Source: Octopus vulgaris
Taxonomy: Eukaryota
Length of the DNA: 64,000 bases
Assembly: GCA_951406725.2 (NCBI GenBank)
Contig: OX597822.1
Location: 6,634,001-6,698,000 of the forward strand
Direction: 5' to 3'
Position 1 is the first letter of the stretch, and every line of letters begins with the position of its first letter. Under the pieces are notes generated by a model. The model was not told the DNA's origin. It did not search any database and was given only the letters and a program-made list of their open reading frames with translations. The position numbers and the translations under genes were made by a program. This document shows, piece by piece, positions 39,150 through 54,545 of the stretch.

Positions 39150-39465
39150 GGAAAGGTAAAATTTTCACACAATATTTTAGATATTAAAATCTTAAAATCT
39201 TCTAGAGATGACCTTTTGTAAGTCCGATCAGAGAAGACTAGTGTTTTTGCAATGAAAACGATGTTTACATTTTTGGATACTCAGGGAGAAAAGAAAGGAA
39301 ACGAAAGGAGGGTAAAATTTTCGCAGAAAATTGTATATATTAGAGTTCTAAAATTTACTAAGGACGATCTTTTGTTTGTCCGAACATTGAAGACTGCAGT
39401 GTTCTAAGAATAAAAATAACAGAGGATGTTTACATTTTCCAAAAGTTAGGGAGAAGGGAAAGGAT
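39150..39465. repeat. Old tandem duplication, ~157-bp period
   Basis: ggtaaaattttc at 39154 and 39311; gatgtttacatttt twice. Confidence 0.7.
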
Positions 39466-40771
39466 AGATATGCATGGAGGTTGTTGATAGTAAAGTTTTT
39501 AAAGAGGATCGTTCACGTGTTCGAAAACAGTAGTTATGTAAGTTTCAAAATTTATTTGGAGGGAAATTTAAAATACTCACAGAAAATTGTACATATATCC
39601 CATGGTTTTTACTAATTTTCCCCTTCTGAGAATCATTATACCACATTTCTCGATCCCAAATTCTATGCCAGTATCTTTACGAATCATCTGCACAGTTGTC
39701 GTCAAACTCCCAATTGCTTTTTCAGTCATTTTGAGTAGATTTCACGTTCAAAATATCCACCACTCTCACCCTGCAAGCACAACAAAATATATGTATGACT
39801 GACAATTATTGACAACAGCAAAGTTTTCGACATGATGTCAAACAAAACAAGATGATGAACATTTTACAGAATGATTGATATAAGTAAGAAATATTTAGGA
39901 CGATCCAAGTACATAATTTTGCGGTAGCGATGACAGAAGTACCAGTATTCAGAGTATTCACTCTTCGGGTAGCTGGGACTGGACTGACGGGAGACAATAT
40001 ATATTTGGGAATGATCGAGGTGGATCAGATGCAAATAAACAAATAAACAGGGAACGTCAGAGATTCGTAGAATCCCTGTGCCCGTTCATGGTTACCGAAA
40101 CAAATGAGTCAGAAAAGGATGGCACAAAGCAGCAGACTTAGTTATTGTGCACAAGATATTTTGCCTAAAGAACTTTAAAGGCTATGAAATTGGATCAAGG
40201 TATTGGATAGCCTCTGAGACAAAGCCCCAGTTTTCGGAGAAGCATCAGTCATAGCTCCGAAAATGGTGGAGCAGATCACTATGTATCAGCTTCCCTACAA
40301 CTTTGTTAAAAGATACCAAACCCGCTATTTCTTTTGCGGGAAGTAGAACTTTCGGAAAATAAACAAGACTTCCAAACAATCTCAGAGGCCGCAGACGGTA
40401 AAAGAAGATGGAATATCTACAACATAAAAAATAAGTAAAACTCAACTGAAAATAAACAAAAAAACTGGAAGAGATTTTCGTAACATATCTCCAAGCAAAA
40501 TTCTTAGTCAATGGCGAATTAATAATAGATGTACAAAGAGGCAGTGGACTCACTATTTGTGTAGTGTTCAACAGTTTAATATTGGCATTTAAAAGAAAGT
40601 TTATCTTAGTACGTTGGAATAACTACTACCGCCGAACGGAAAATATACCGAGGTGTGTTTTTGATTGCAAAATAACACAGTTTGAAAATTTAATCTAAAA
40701 GCTTAAAACAGAATGGCTTGTGCTCAAGGAGTGAAAGATGCCAGGTGGTGGTGTTAAACCTGGAGACAGAC

Positions 40772-41153
40772 TGGGTTTGCCATCCAAACATGAATTGTAG
40801 GATTTGAATTCAGAATGAAATCAGGCGGAAGTAAGTACTACTGTTTCGGAATAGCGTCAGCCCACCAAACCTGACTGGTACATATTAACTCCATCATGAA
40901 AAAGTGAAAGACAAAATTCACCACGGTGAGATTAGAACTCATGATGCAGAGGGCTAGAACAATTAGCCGCCTGGAATTTTCCTCCTGCTTGGTTACTTCG
41001 CTGTAATATTCTTATATCTAGCAATCAAAGAACTTTGGTCTCAGTTATGCATCTACGATGCATAGACAGTCCTGAAATTTTTTTTTATTCAATTTTGCTT
41101 TGTTTAATCATGTCAGGTATTTGTCATATAGCATTTTATTCTTGCCACAGACA
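40772..41153 (+). repeat. ~380-bp dispersed direct repeat, copy 2
   Basis: Highly similar to 32030-32411. Confidence 0.92.
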
Positions 41154-42189
41154 GTACATTAAATTATGCAACATCACTTTTAGCTGAGCTTACATTTTTA
41201 GCCAGTTCTATTGTTCTTTCTCCTTTTTCTTTACATCTGTCTGTTGCACCAGCCGCTATAGCACAAATGTTCGTTTCCTTGAAGATAGAAAACAGCTATT
41301 GTCTTTGTTACTGATTTCGATGTTTATATTAGTTTCCATTCAAACTTCAATACATATGTTTATATTAATATAGTTGATATTTTATTGTATTGTTCTCGTT
41401 GCAAAAGACCGCTAGCCTCCCTAGATTCGCGGTAAATAAAACATTTGTACGTTGGACTTTGAGTGATGTATCTTATATGCAGTAATTATTTTTCTTGTTT
41501 CCCGTCTAGTCTGGCTAATTCACTTATTTTCTAGTTTGTAGCGTCATAATTATATAATGTGGAACCGGAACAGATGCTGCATTAATGCCTATTACCTTAC
41601 ATTTTCTCTTGTTTCTCGCTATGTTTAATTATTAATAAAATGTGTCTACGCTTTCCTTCCTAAATTTTTCTTTCATTTGCATGTGTTTGTGCTCTGTCTT
41701 GTTCATTAATTAATAAGTATCTGTAAATTGTGTTTAGTCTAATTTTCTTATCTTTGTTTCTTCATTTAACACAACACTATTGTTTTTATTTATGGTTGTA
41801 TAATCAATGTTGTTTTATGTCTGTTGTTTTTTGTTATATTTCTACTAAACCGAACTCCATCTGAATTCCTCTACTGAAACCGTGTACTGTTCATACCACT
41901 GTTTCAAGTAGTTTGTGTTTTGTAGCAGACGACAAGAATACATTCGCATACGACAGGTGTTTGATTATCTAGACATTACTGTTATCCGTGTCCAGTCAGT
42001 TTAGCATATTGGTCAAAGTTGTTAACAAGAAAGTATAGTAAAGGGAGCGAGTCACCATAGAACAGTCTTCTTCTAACAAGGACGGTTTTATAACATATTT
42101 TTTCTATTTAATCAACAGCATTGTTTACTACTATTATTTAAGACGTAGCACAGTATCCTATATCGTGATGTTGTTCATTAAAGATATTA

Positions 42190-42342
42190 TAGTTCTATAT
42201 TTAAGAGATGGGGAATTATGTACATTATTTACATTATTTACATTCGACGGATATTTTTTAACTCAACGTTTCGGCTGATATACCCTCCAGCCTTCTTCAG
42301 GTGTCTTGGGGAAATTTCGAACCTGCGTACTCATTCCTAAGG
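42190..42342 (-). mobile_element. Penelope-like terminal repeat with minimal HHR (42259-42306)
   Basis: Minus strand gacac CTGAAGA a ggctg..cagcc GAAA cg TT gagtt; inverted partner at 44470-44628. Confidence 0.75.
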
Positions 42343-42343
42343 G

Positions 42344-42396
<53 letters not shown>

Positions 42397-42398
<2 letters not shown>

Positions 42399-44367
42399 GT
42401 TTGACTTTTGCTTTATATCTGTACAAGTTGGCTCCAAGTCTCACCCAGAGACCTCAAGAGACAACAGGTTAGAAGTTCTGTGCCATATATTTGGGGGTTT
42501 TTTTTTTTTGGTGTTGTACTAGTGAATGTCTAATACATAAAAAGAAAAAATAAACAAATAAAAAAAAAGTTTGTTTTAAACCTTGGGATTACATAGAGAG
42601 TATTTTGCGTAGGATATGAGCAGTTCCCATGAGCACTATCTTTTGAATTTCTGCCATTTTGGGGTTTCCTGGTATCTGAGTTAGGTAGCAATCAGTCCCT
42701 TTCGCTATCATTCCCAGGGCGCCTATGACAACAGGTATTGTTTTAGTCTTCAGCTTCCACATTTTGCTGATTTCTATTTCAAGATCTTTATATTTGCTCA
42801 GTTTTTGGTAGGTCTTGACAGATACGTTTATATCGATTGGGACAGTCATATCAATGAGGAGGCATGTTCTTTGTCTGAAGTCTTTCAATATGATGTCTGG
42901 CCTATTTGCATCTATCTTCCTGTCAGTTTGAATGGTGAAGTTCCAGAGGAGTGAGATGTGGTCATTTTCAAGCACAGGAGGTGGATTGTGTTCCCACCAG
43001 TTTTTTTCATGGGGCAAATCCAGGTTTTTGCAAATTACCCAGTGAATATATTGTGCTGCTCTATCATGCCTACTGAGGTACTCTGTAGGCGCTAGAAGAC
43101 TGCATTTGGAGACAACCTGGTCAATGGTTTCATTTTGTTGTCGGCATACACGACATGTTGGGCTACTGCCGTTCTTACTGCCGTTCTGGCCTGGTAGTTT
43201 CTTGTTGGTAGGCATTGCTTGCTATGATAAACCCCTCTGTTTCAGATTTTAAGCCAGAGGCCACTAGCCATTGATGGGTCAGGGCTTTGTCGATATCTGC
43301 ATTATTCGCTCTCTTTGGGTATTTGCCATAGAGAGGTTTTTCTTGTCATTTATTATTCAGAATATCTAAGGCCGCAGTTTTGGCACGGGTTTTCATGCGC
43401 CTAGCTTTTTCTGTGTTTGTTTCTTTTATGTCTATCTCTAATTCCGAAATTGGTTGTATTCGGAATTCACTTAGATATTCCTTTTCCTGTTTTGTGACTG
43501 AGTATGATGCTTTCTTGTTTTCATGTTTTGAGACAAGTTTTAACATCCAGTCCTCAGAGTTTTTCAGGTAGGTGTCTAGGCAAATTGTAGCAATCTTCAT
43601 TGTTATCGCCAGTTGCAAAAGACCACGGCCTCCTTCTTTTCTTGGCAGATAGAGTCGTTCTGTATCTGCCTTAGGGTGGTGCATTCTATGTATTGTCAAC
43701 AGTTTCCTTATTTTTCTGTCGAGCTGACATATTTCAGTAATTGACCAGTTAACAATATTGAAACTGTAAGTCACGACTGGTATGGCTAATGCATTGATCG
43801 CTTCGATCCTGTTTCTTGCATTCAGCTCTGTCTTGAGTATTGCTCTCACTCTTCGATAGCATTCTCTCCTGATCCTTTCCTTCATCTCTGAATGCTTTAT
43901 TCCGTTCCCTTCAATTACCCCTGGGTACTTGTAGCTCTCCGCTGGGTCTAGTTCTTTTATGACATTCTGCTGGTCAAGGTTAACGTTAGATGTTTCTGTC
44001 ATATTTCCTTTGATAAAGGTAGCCTTTGCACATTTATTGAGGCCGAATTGCATTCTGATGTCGTCACTGAACTGTTTGACTATCGCTAGTAAGCCCTTGA
44101 GTTGTTGGTCAATTTTTGCAAAAGCTTTAAATCATCCATGTAAATGAGATGATTTATATTTTTATCAAACATTTTATACCCGTACTGCGCGTCATTGAGC
44201 AGCTTTGAGAGAGGTATTAAGGATAAACAAAAGAGAAGTGGTGACAGTGAGTCACCCTGGAAAATGCCACACGAAATTTTTACATCACCAGCATTTAGGG
44301 ATTCATTGTCACTGGTCAGAGTTAGCGTGGTTCTCCATGATCTCATACCTACAGTCAAGAAGTTTCT
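42397..44367 (-). mobile_element. 5'-truncated R4/Dong-type non-LTR retrotransposon (RT, CCHC, restriction-like endonuclease), frameshifted
   Basis: GIFQGDSLSPLLF, YMDDLKL, FGLNKC, LYLPRKEGGRGL, CRVC..ET..C, RHD, RPDI..ID..P, K..KY.DL, LMGTAHILRKIL*; 3' end in (TAA)n at 42343-42396. Confidence 0.93.
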
Positions 44368-44469
44368 GTTATTATTATTATTATTATTATTATCATTAGT
44401 GTTGTTGTTGTTGTTGTTGTTCAGTGATCTGAACAACAACAACAACAACAACAACAACAATAATAATGA

Positions 44470-44628
44470 TAATAACATAGAAAAATACCTTAGGAATGAG
44501 GACGCAGGTTCGAAATTTCTCCAAAACACATGAAGAAGCCTGGAGGGTATATCAGCCGAAACGTTGAGTTAACAACAAACAAGATGAGGACAAATATCGT
44601 CGAATGTAAATAATGTAAATAATGTAAA
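44470..44628 (+). mobile_element. Penelope-like terminal repeat, inverted partner; HHR core mutated (aTGAAGA)
   Basis: ccttaggaatgag.acgcaggttcgaaattt..tgaagaagcctggagggtatatcagccgaaacgttgagtt..cgaatgtaaataatgtaaataatgta. Confidence 0.75.
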
Positions 44629-44639
44629 GATATGTCAAC

Positions 44640-46268
<1,629 letters not shown>

Positions 46269-46289
46269 GCTTTTGCAATAACGCAAGAG

Positions 46290-47690
46290 ATGTACTACGG
46301 TCACAACTGTTCACTAACAGTGAACTAAGGTATACACCTCTTATTTTTCGAGCATTTTCCGGAGTGTTCGAGAGGTTCCGAGCAGTCCTGTTTTCTGAAA
46401 GTGCTCTACCCTTATTGCAGTCCCTATTTGTTCCATGTACTTCTCGAGATTTTTCTCACTGATCCCAAGGCTCCCACAATTATCATAAATTCTCACAGGA
46501 TCTTTGCGTTATCATTTTCGATAATGCCTTCGGATTTGTGGTCGTACCAATTTTTTCCTCTGCCAAGTCCATACATGTTGCAAAATGTCCAATGGTCAAG
46601 CCTTGCTATATTGTCGTGGAGTCTCTTATATTCCTTCTGGGCTAGTGGCGTATATTGGTTGATAATATGCCATTCGGTTTCACCATTTTTCCCACAGATT
46701 CTGCACTTATCACTTTCTGATTTGTTGTCTACTCTGTATTTTATGTAGTTTGCTCTTAGTGCTTGCACTTGGGCAGCAGCGATTAGAGCCTCAGTTTCCG
46801 GTTTTAAATCAATTTAATCATCCACAGGCATCTCTTTACTCTGTCTGTCTTATCTTCAACATTCCCATGAAATTGTCCATGCATTCTTTTCTTTACCCAT
46901 CTATTTTCAGTTTCAATCGTTTTCAGTTGTTTGTGCTGTGATTTATCTTTGCAGTCTTTCATCCTCCTCAAGTCTGAAACTTCTAACTTCTAATAATAGC
47001 AGTTTTGTGGTATGTTTTACATACCATGCGACGTTGTTTTCTTCTGCTTTAATACTGTGTTCGCATCCAATAAGTCCTCTTCCCCATCTTAGTTTTGGTA
47101 CATATAGTTTCTCCGTGTCACTTTTTGGGTGAAGTGTCCCATATCTCGTTAGCAACTTCCTTGTTTTTCTGTCTAAGCTGTTTAGTTCCCCAACTGTCCA
47201 TGCGATTACCCCTGTTCCATATCTAAGGATGAAACTGCCCAGGTGTCGATAGCTTCAAACTTATTCCGTCCGTTTAATTTCGACTTAAGGATCAGTCTCA
47301 GTCTGCACAATTATTCCACCTTCAATTTTTCTCTCTTTCTTTCTCCATCAATTAGTCCATTTCCGAAATCCCCAAGTACTTATAGCCCGTCTCTTCTATC
47401 TGCTTCATAACCTCTCCCGACGGTATCGATAGTCCGTCCATACATTTGACTTTGCCTCTTTTCAAGACTAACACACCACACTTTCTCAGTTCCAACTCCA
47501 TTCTGATATCAGCACTGAAAGTATACACCTTTTCAACGAAGGAACTGACTTGGGCTTCATCTTTACCATAAAGTTTGAGATCAACAATGAATAACACCCG
47601 GCTGACATTTCGTTGGTGGCTTTTGAATACACAACCAGCTTTTGCTTTCCTCGTGATCTGTGTTAGTGGTATCAAGCACACTACAAAGAT
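46290..47690 (-). mobile_element. Decayed R4/Dong-type LINE
   Basis: LFIVDLKLYG, ELRKCGVL, YKYLGI, LHPKSDTEKLYVP..GRGL, CRICGKNGETEWHII, YKRLHDNIA, QKTGLLGTSRTLRKML. Confidence 0.88.
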
Positions 47691-48274
47691 CAGTGGGAAC
47701 AGGCAGTTACTTTTCCTCCTTTTGAAGTCTCTAAATACAGTTTTGTCTACCAGTTGATCCTTGGACCTCTACACTTACGCTTGCTCATGTGGCAGGACTC
47801 CATTTTTTCTAAATGTTTGTAGATTGACTCTGCGCGTATTCCTGTCAATAATTTCTACATAAGTGGCGGACAGGATATCGACCTGTAATTGTCTACCGTA
47901 TTGAATTGTGTATTGTCTATCGTATTGAATTGTGGTATTCATAGGACGCGGACTGTGTCCAGCAGTGTCATACCCTGGGCTGTGTAGCGTAAGAAATTTT
48001 GTTATGTATGTGAACTTCTTTATATGTATTTCCTCTTGCCTACTTCTTCCATTTTAATATGAACTGAATTTACCTTTATATCTGCATCCTGACAGATTCC
48101 CTACACAATTTCCAGCAATATTGTGGTCAGGTGGGGGCCCAGTCTCGGTCAGACTACATATCCTTCCTTCAAGCTTTCCCTAATTGCCATGTGACAGGCT
48201 TGATCCCCATTTTAGACTTGATAGCCATGATCCAGTATTGAGGTAGACCCCTTCCTATTTGGTCAAGACATAAT

Positions 48275-48405
48275 TGAGTCTTTTAAAGTTTCATTTCGAA
48301 AGGAAAGTGAGGGTGCCGAGGAAAGTGCTATCACCCAGTGAATTTATGAAAAGCTGGGTGACAGTCGCAAAAATTAAAGTGAATGGCCCTACTCAAAGCA
48401 TGCAC
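48275..48405 (+). mobile_element. Possible L1/Tx1-type ORF2 C-terminal scrap
   Basis: KFHFERKVRVPRKVLSPSEFMKSWV resembles Tx1-clade C-termini (recognised from memory only). Confidence 0.4.
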
Positions 48406-48805
48406 CAGTATATATGTGACAGTTGGGAGAAGTCTAGGGTTTTTAGGTGTCAGAATAATCCGGGTGCTGTGATGTCCGTAGATTGTTGGAGTTTCTTCTG
48501 CATAAGGAAGACCGCAATACTCATGTTATCAGGTACTATGTATACAATATATAGTTTTATGCCATTCAACATCTTTCAATTTCTTTTGCCTTATATGTTA
48601 TGTAAACCCTCACTCAAATTATTGACTGCCGTTGTCATGCCCATCCTCATTGATGGCTGAGTGGCTGATAAAAGAAATCATTCTTCTTATTGATGTTGTT
48701 GTTGTCATTGTTGCCGTCATTTTTGTTGTTATTGTTTATTTTCCTCCTTTCCTCCTACTCTTCTTCTTCTTCTTCTTGTTATTACTGCTACAATTATTAT
48801 AAGAG

Positions 48806-49185
<380 letters not shown>

Positions 49186-49204
49186 ATAGTTGATATACCA
49201 GTTG

Positions 49205-49636
49205 ATATGTAATAATACCAGATATAGTTGTCAGAGATCATGAAGAAAAAAAATATTTTCTAATTGATGTATCAATACCGGCTGATGAGAACGTGTCTCT
49301 AAAAGAAATGGAGAAACTCTCAAAATGCAAAGACCTGGAAATAGAGGTAACTAGAATGTGGAATCTGAAAACAGAAACAATTCCTATCATAGTAGGTGCA
49401 TTAGGCATGATAAAAAAATATTCAGACAAATACATAACAAAAACACCAGGACTTACAAACACATATAACATACAGAAAATTGCACTACTAGGCACTGCAC
49501 ACATCCTACGCAGAACACTTTCCATACAGTAACCATCAGAGCATCACAACAAATCACAGCACATACCCAAGGCACACAGAGCTGTGCTCGGTAGTGAAGT
49601 GAAAGCACGCTATAAAAATAAAAATAAAACTACTGA
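49205..49636 (+). mobile_element. R4/Dong-type LINE 3' fragment embedded in (TAA)n
   Basis: PDIVVRD..LIDVSIP..EKLSKCKDLEIEVTRMW..IIVGALG..QKIALLGTAHILRRTL; TAA tracts on both sides. Confidence 0.9.
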
Positions 49637-49678
49637 ATAATAATAATAATAATAATGATAATAATATTAATAATAATG

Positions 49679-49711
<33 letters not shown>

Positions 49712-50065
49712 TTAATAATAATAATAATAGTAATAATAATAATAACAACAACAACAGTGATAATAATAAAAATAATAACAATGATAATAATAATAATAAA
49801 AATAATATTACTATCATCAGCATTGGACTTCAGATGGAAATTGTTTCTTGAATTAGCCGATATTAATTAAATAAGAACCATGTAATTTGTCAAAGCAATC
49901 GTTGTTCATGTTTCTCTTTTGCTTTACTTATTTATTATCATATTATTTCATATGTTTAATCACCATAAATCATTTTTTGCTATTCTTAGTTCTTATCAAA
50001 TCATGTTCATAAAAAATGCCAGCAGCAACGCAAGACTGGACATCCAGACGTACATACACACAAAA

Positions 50066-50106
<41 letters not shown>

Positions 50107-50124
50107 CAGACAGATAGATAGATG

Positions 50125-50175
<51 letters not shown>

Positions 50176-50253
50176 TGAGAGAGATAGATTGATTGATAGA
50201 TAGATAGATAGATAGAGAAACATATATATAGCTTTCGAGAAACGTAGATATAC

Positions 50254-50295
<42 letters not shown>

Positions 50296-50343
50296 TGAGA
50301 GAGAGAGAGAGAGAGAGATTTTGGGAGAGAGAGAGAGAGAGAA

Positions 50344-50393
<50 letters not shown>

Positions 50394-50877
50394 ACAGCAA
50401 CGTTAATTTAGTTGCAACACGAGACGTACCATAAAAATGTCATTCATATATTACCGTAGAAGAGTACTATTTGTTGTAATATTTCTGTTAACCTATCCCC
50501 TTCAAAAGTGCTCAGATATCAAGAGAAGCTGATAAGTGAAAGTGAACAATATTGCCATGTTGATTTCATTCATCTGTGTTAAATGCAATGCAGTAGCACC
50601 ATGTGTAATGCATGGTGCAATTTGTGTCGAGTTTGGCGTTCCATGAAGATTTTATGTGAATGACAGAAATCCTTTTAATTTGTCAGAAACAACGGTTGCA
50701 ACAAATTGCTATGAATATTCTAGTAATTTCTCTTCATTTGTAATAAATTTTATGAAAGAATGAATTGTTGAACAACGGGTTGTACATAACTTACCTGTCA
50801 CCCTAAAAACATATTTCTCACCTGTTTTTCTTCTCTTAACACCTTTCAGTGGGATTATCACAATCTAAATTTCATTT

Positions 50878-51480
50878 GGCTGTTTGCTTCCCAGGCACAG
50901 GGTTCAGGATTTAGTCCCTCTCCGTAGCATCTTCAGCAAGTGTCTTCTACAATGGAATGGAAGCACTCCGTCGGTTACGACGACGAAGGTTCCGGTTGAT
51001 CCGATCAACGGAACAGCCTGCTCGTGAAATTAACGTGTAAGTGGCTGAGCACTCCACAGACACGTGTACCCTTAACGTAGTTCTCGGGGATATTCAGCGT
51101 GACACAGAGAGTGACAAGGCCGGCCCTTTGAAATACAGGTACAACAGAAACAGGAAGTAAGAGTGAGAGAAAGTTGTGGTGAAAAAGTACAGCAGGGATC
51201 ACCACCATCCCTGCCGGAGCCTCGTGGAGCTTTTAGGTGTTTTCGCTCAATAAACACTCACAACGTCCGGTCTGGGAATCGAAACCGCGATCCTACGACC
51301 GCGAGTCCGCTGCCCTAACTATTGGGCCATTGCGCCTCCGTCTTCTACAATAGGCTTGGTACGACCAAAGACTTGTGCGTGGATTTGGCAGACGGAAACC
51401 AAAAGAAGCACGTCGTATATAAGTATATGTATGCGTGTGTACTACTGTGTCTCTGTCCCCACCATCGCCAGCGTGTGTGT
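50878..51480 (+). mobile_element. Old family A SINE split by a family B insertion
   Basis: ..gcaagtgtcttctacaat [insert] gtcttctacaataggcttggtacgaccaaagacttgtgcgtggatttggcagacggaaac. Confidence 0.8.
50954..51339 (-). mobile_element. SINE family B, full length, 12-bp TSD
   Basis: TSD gtcttctacaat at 50942-50953 and 51340-51351. Confidence 0.93.
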
Positions 51481-52394
51481 ACGTATGTATCAAACAAGGT
51501 TACTTGAAAGTACAGTATATCGCATTGATTTATATTTTCGCCCGAATTGGAAATCCTCGAACTATGAAATTTTGAAAACTGAAGTTTACTTCAATTGTAG
51601 CTTGAGATTCTGTGTGTGTTTGTGTATGGATATGTAAGTGTGATTTTGTGGGCCGATAAGTCTATAAAATAAATATTTTATTTAGCTACTGGAAAATAGA
51701 ACTGCAAAACTTTGATTTGGTAGAATAAGAGAGACATGTGGTGGAGTAATTAAAAGTAGATAAACTGAAATTATGTATTCGAAGATGCATGAAATTGATC
51801 GTTAGAAAAATCATAGCTTTTGGCCGAAATATTAAATGTTACGTGGAGGAACTGTTTTGTGAGTGAAAACACAATGAGTGAATTTGTTTTGGATACAAAG
51901 GAGGTCAGAAATTAAAGTAAAGTGAGACTTGAGAAGAATGTTGTGGTCTGGGGTATATGATCGTTCATTCTAAAACAAATTAAATTTATTTATGAGCAGA
52001 AATATAAAATGTGTTGTTTCGTAGCCAAACTGAAAATTACGTTAATCCCTATGTAAGACGTAGAGAATCATTAAAGAAAGGAAGAGAGAAATGCAGATCG
52101 ATTATAGAGACATAGTTACTGATATAGATGCTTATGTGGCAGGACAGAGATAAACATAGGCACAAGCATCTATGTACATAAAAGTCGAGCATACTTTAGA
52201 AACGTGATATGAATATACTATTATTTGCGTATATACGCATAAATTAGTATATAGCTATATTCGGACATAGATGGCTGGATACTCATGAATAAAAACATAT
52301 ACACTAACGTAATTATATGTACGTAAGTATGCATGTATGTATGTATGTATGTATACACACACACACACACACATGTATATATAGATAGAGAAAT

Positions 52395-52430
<36 letters not shown>

Positions 52431-52468
52431 TTATATATGTATATATATATATATATATACATGTATTT

Positions 52469-52500
<32 letters not shown>

Positions 52501-52509
52501 TTATATATG

Positions 52510-52540
<31 letters not shown>

Positions 52541-53230
52541 TTATATATGTATATATATATTATATATAAATATATATATATATATATATACTACAATATA
52601 TATATATATATATTTATACACATATATTCATATATATATATTTTTATATTTATACACGTATATACATATATATATATATATATATATGTATGCATGTATG
52701 TATGTATGTATGTATTTTTTGTATGCATGCGGTGGGGTGTATGTGTGTGTGTGTTTTGAAACTTCCATATGCAACTGGACACTTATTCGGATAGATACCC
52801 ATGTGTATTAATGTATGGTGATTTATAAATTTACAGATATACTCCTTCCCACGCATGCATGCACGCATACAGGTACCTGTATTTATGTAGCTATATCTAT
52901 GTCTGGACCATGTGTATATACGGGAATAAAAGTAGAATGACCTAAGCATATTACATTCATAAATATATACTTACATACCGAAAACATATATATGGATATA
53001 TGCTAGGGTAGTCCCAAAAGTACGGTCTCCTAAGTACTGGGGGAAGCAGGGAAACTGCGTGCGGCTATTAGCAACACTGTTTTGTTTGTTGTGCATATAT
53101 ATATATATATATGTATATATATAAGTCATACGATATAGTGTATATTTAAACACATAGAGAATCCACTTATAGAGATTCTACGCATTAGAAAGAACAGCTA
53201 AGTTCTATGACCACAAAAAAATTCGCGACA

Positions 53231-53261
<31 letters not shown>

Positions 53262-53263
<2 letters not shown>

Positions 53264-53916
53264 TTAATAAATTTTAGGGTAGCAAAAAATTCTAGAAATA
53301 TTCTCCGCTACCAGCGGTCAAGTGAGAAAGAAAAAATAGTCAATAGACTATGTAATATGCATTCAAACATATAAGGGATGACCATAAGAGGACATCCGAC
53401 TCACTAGAAAGAGCAGCCAAACTCCAAACCACTAATAGTTGTAATTCTGAAATGGAACGAGAAATAAAAACGTTTACCCTCTCCTTTCTGGACTATAGTT
53501 GCAATCTTTGTAAATAAAATAAATTTATTTACCACTGGCGTTGCCTCTTCAGCAGAAAAGCCAAGGACTAATTTGGCTAATTTTGAAATTAAATCGGCAG
53601 TTTATATTTACTGCTGAGAAAACCGCTCGAGTGTGGTGGATTTTGAAAACTTATAGCATATAGACTCGAGGCACGTTTATTATCGCCGCGTGGATATATG
53701 GTAGTCCTTGGCTTTTCTGCTGAAGAGGCAACGCCAGTGGTAAATAAATTTATTTTATTTACAAAGATTGACGAAACTATGCATAGTCCAGAAAGGAGAG
53801 GGTAAACGTTTTTATTTCTCTTTCCATTTCAGAATTACAACTATTAGTGGTTTGGAGTTTGGCTGCTCTTTCTAGTGAGTCGGTTCCTATTATGGTCGTC
53901 ACTTACATGTTTGAAT
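53262..53916. mobile_element. Penelope-like fold-back element (leader plus ~210-bp inverted arms, 131-bp spacer)
   Basis: Arms 53361-53570 / 53702-53916; TA-flanked; HHR in the arms. Confidence 0.8.
53712..53796 (+). ncRNA. Type I hammerhead motif, right arm, near-intact
   Basis: cttttctg CTGAAGA(53720-53726) ggcaa..ttgac GAAA(53773-53776) ctatgcatag TC cagaaagg; GUC triplet, 8-bp stem I, palindromic stem III. Confidence 0.8.
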
Positions 53917-54224
53917 ATATATATGTACATATATATATTAACGGATCATTGGCGCGAAGCAGTGTTTAGGTATAAGCAGAATGTAGGTTAGCTGAAATAT
54001 ATTTGTCACATATTTCAAATGCTAAAGGGAAACACACTGCAGTTACCATGGAGAAAGAATCTCTGTTATGCTAAAAAAAAAAAGGTGTGAAAAGCTTTAT
54101 TAAATTCTGCGCGTGTGCTAAAAGCTAAACGGAGTGTAAAGATGTGGATGTGGAAATACGTGTATGCATATTTGAGTAGAGGAAGGAGTACATATAACCA
54201 TAGCATTGCAGATATATATCCATA

Positions 54225-54545
54225 TTGTTGTTGTTGTTGGCATCCTTTTTGTCTCGGGAGACAATGGAGTTGCGCATAAAATAATCAAGTCCGGCTTCTA
54301 CATTTCATGTCCTAATACATTTCCTGCTGTGACTGTGTAGTCCTATCCTGGACAAACACTCCATCTGATAGGGTGCTGCAAATGTAGCGAAGACGTTTCC
54401 TGGCTGGTTGTAATTTCATAGTTTCTTGTTGACGTATTTTCTTGTCTTTCCATTTCTCCTCTCTCTCTCTCTGTCACTCCTTTGTGTTTCCTCTTTTACG
54501 GTACGTCGCCAATCTCCACGCCCTATATTGATATATCTCCCCAGC
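54225..54545 (-). mobile_element. RTE (BovB-like) LINE 3' fragment with (CAA)n tail
   Basis: Minus strand RGDWRRTVKE..ECLSRIGLHSHSRKC; 3' end ccattgtctcccgagac..ggatgccaacaacaac. Confidence 0.75.
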
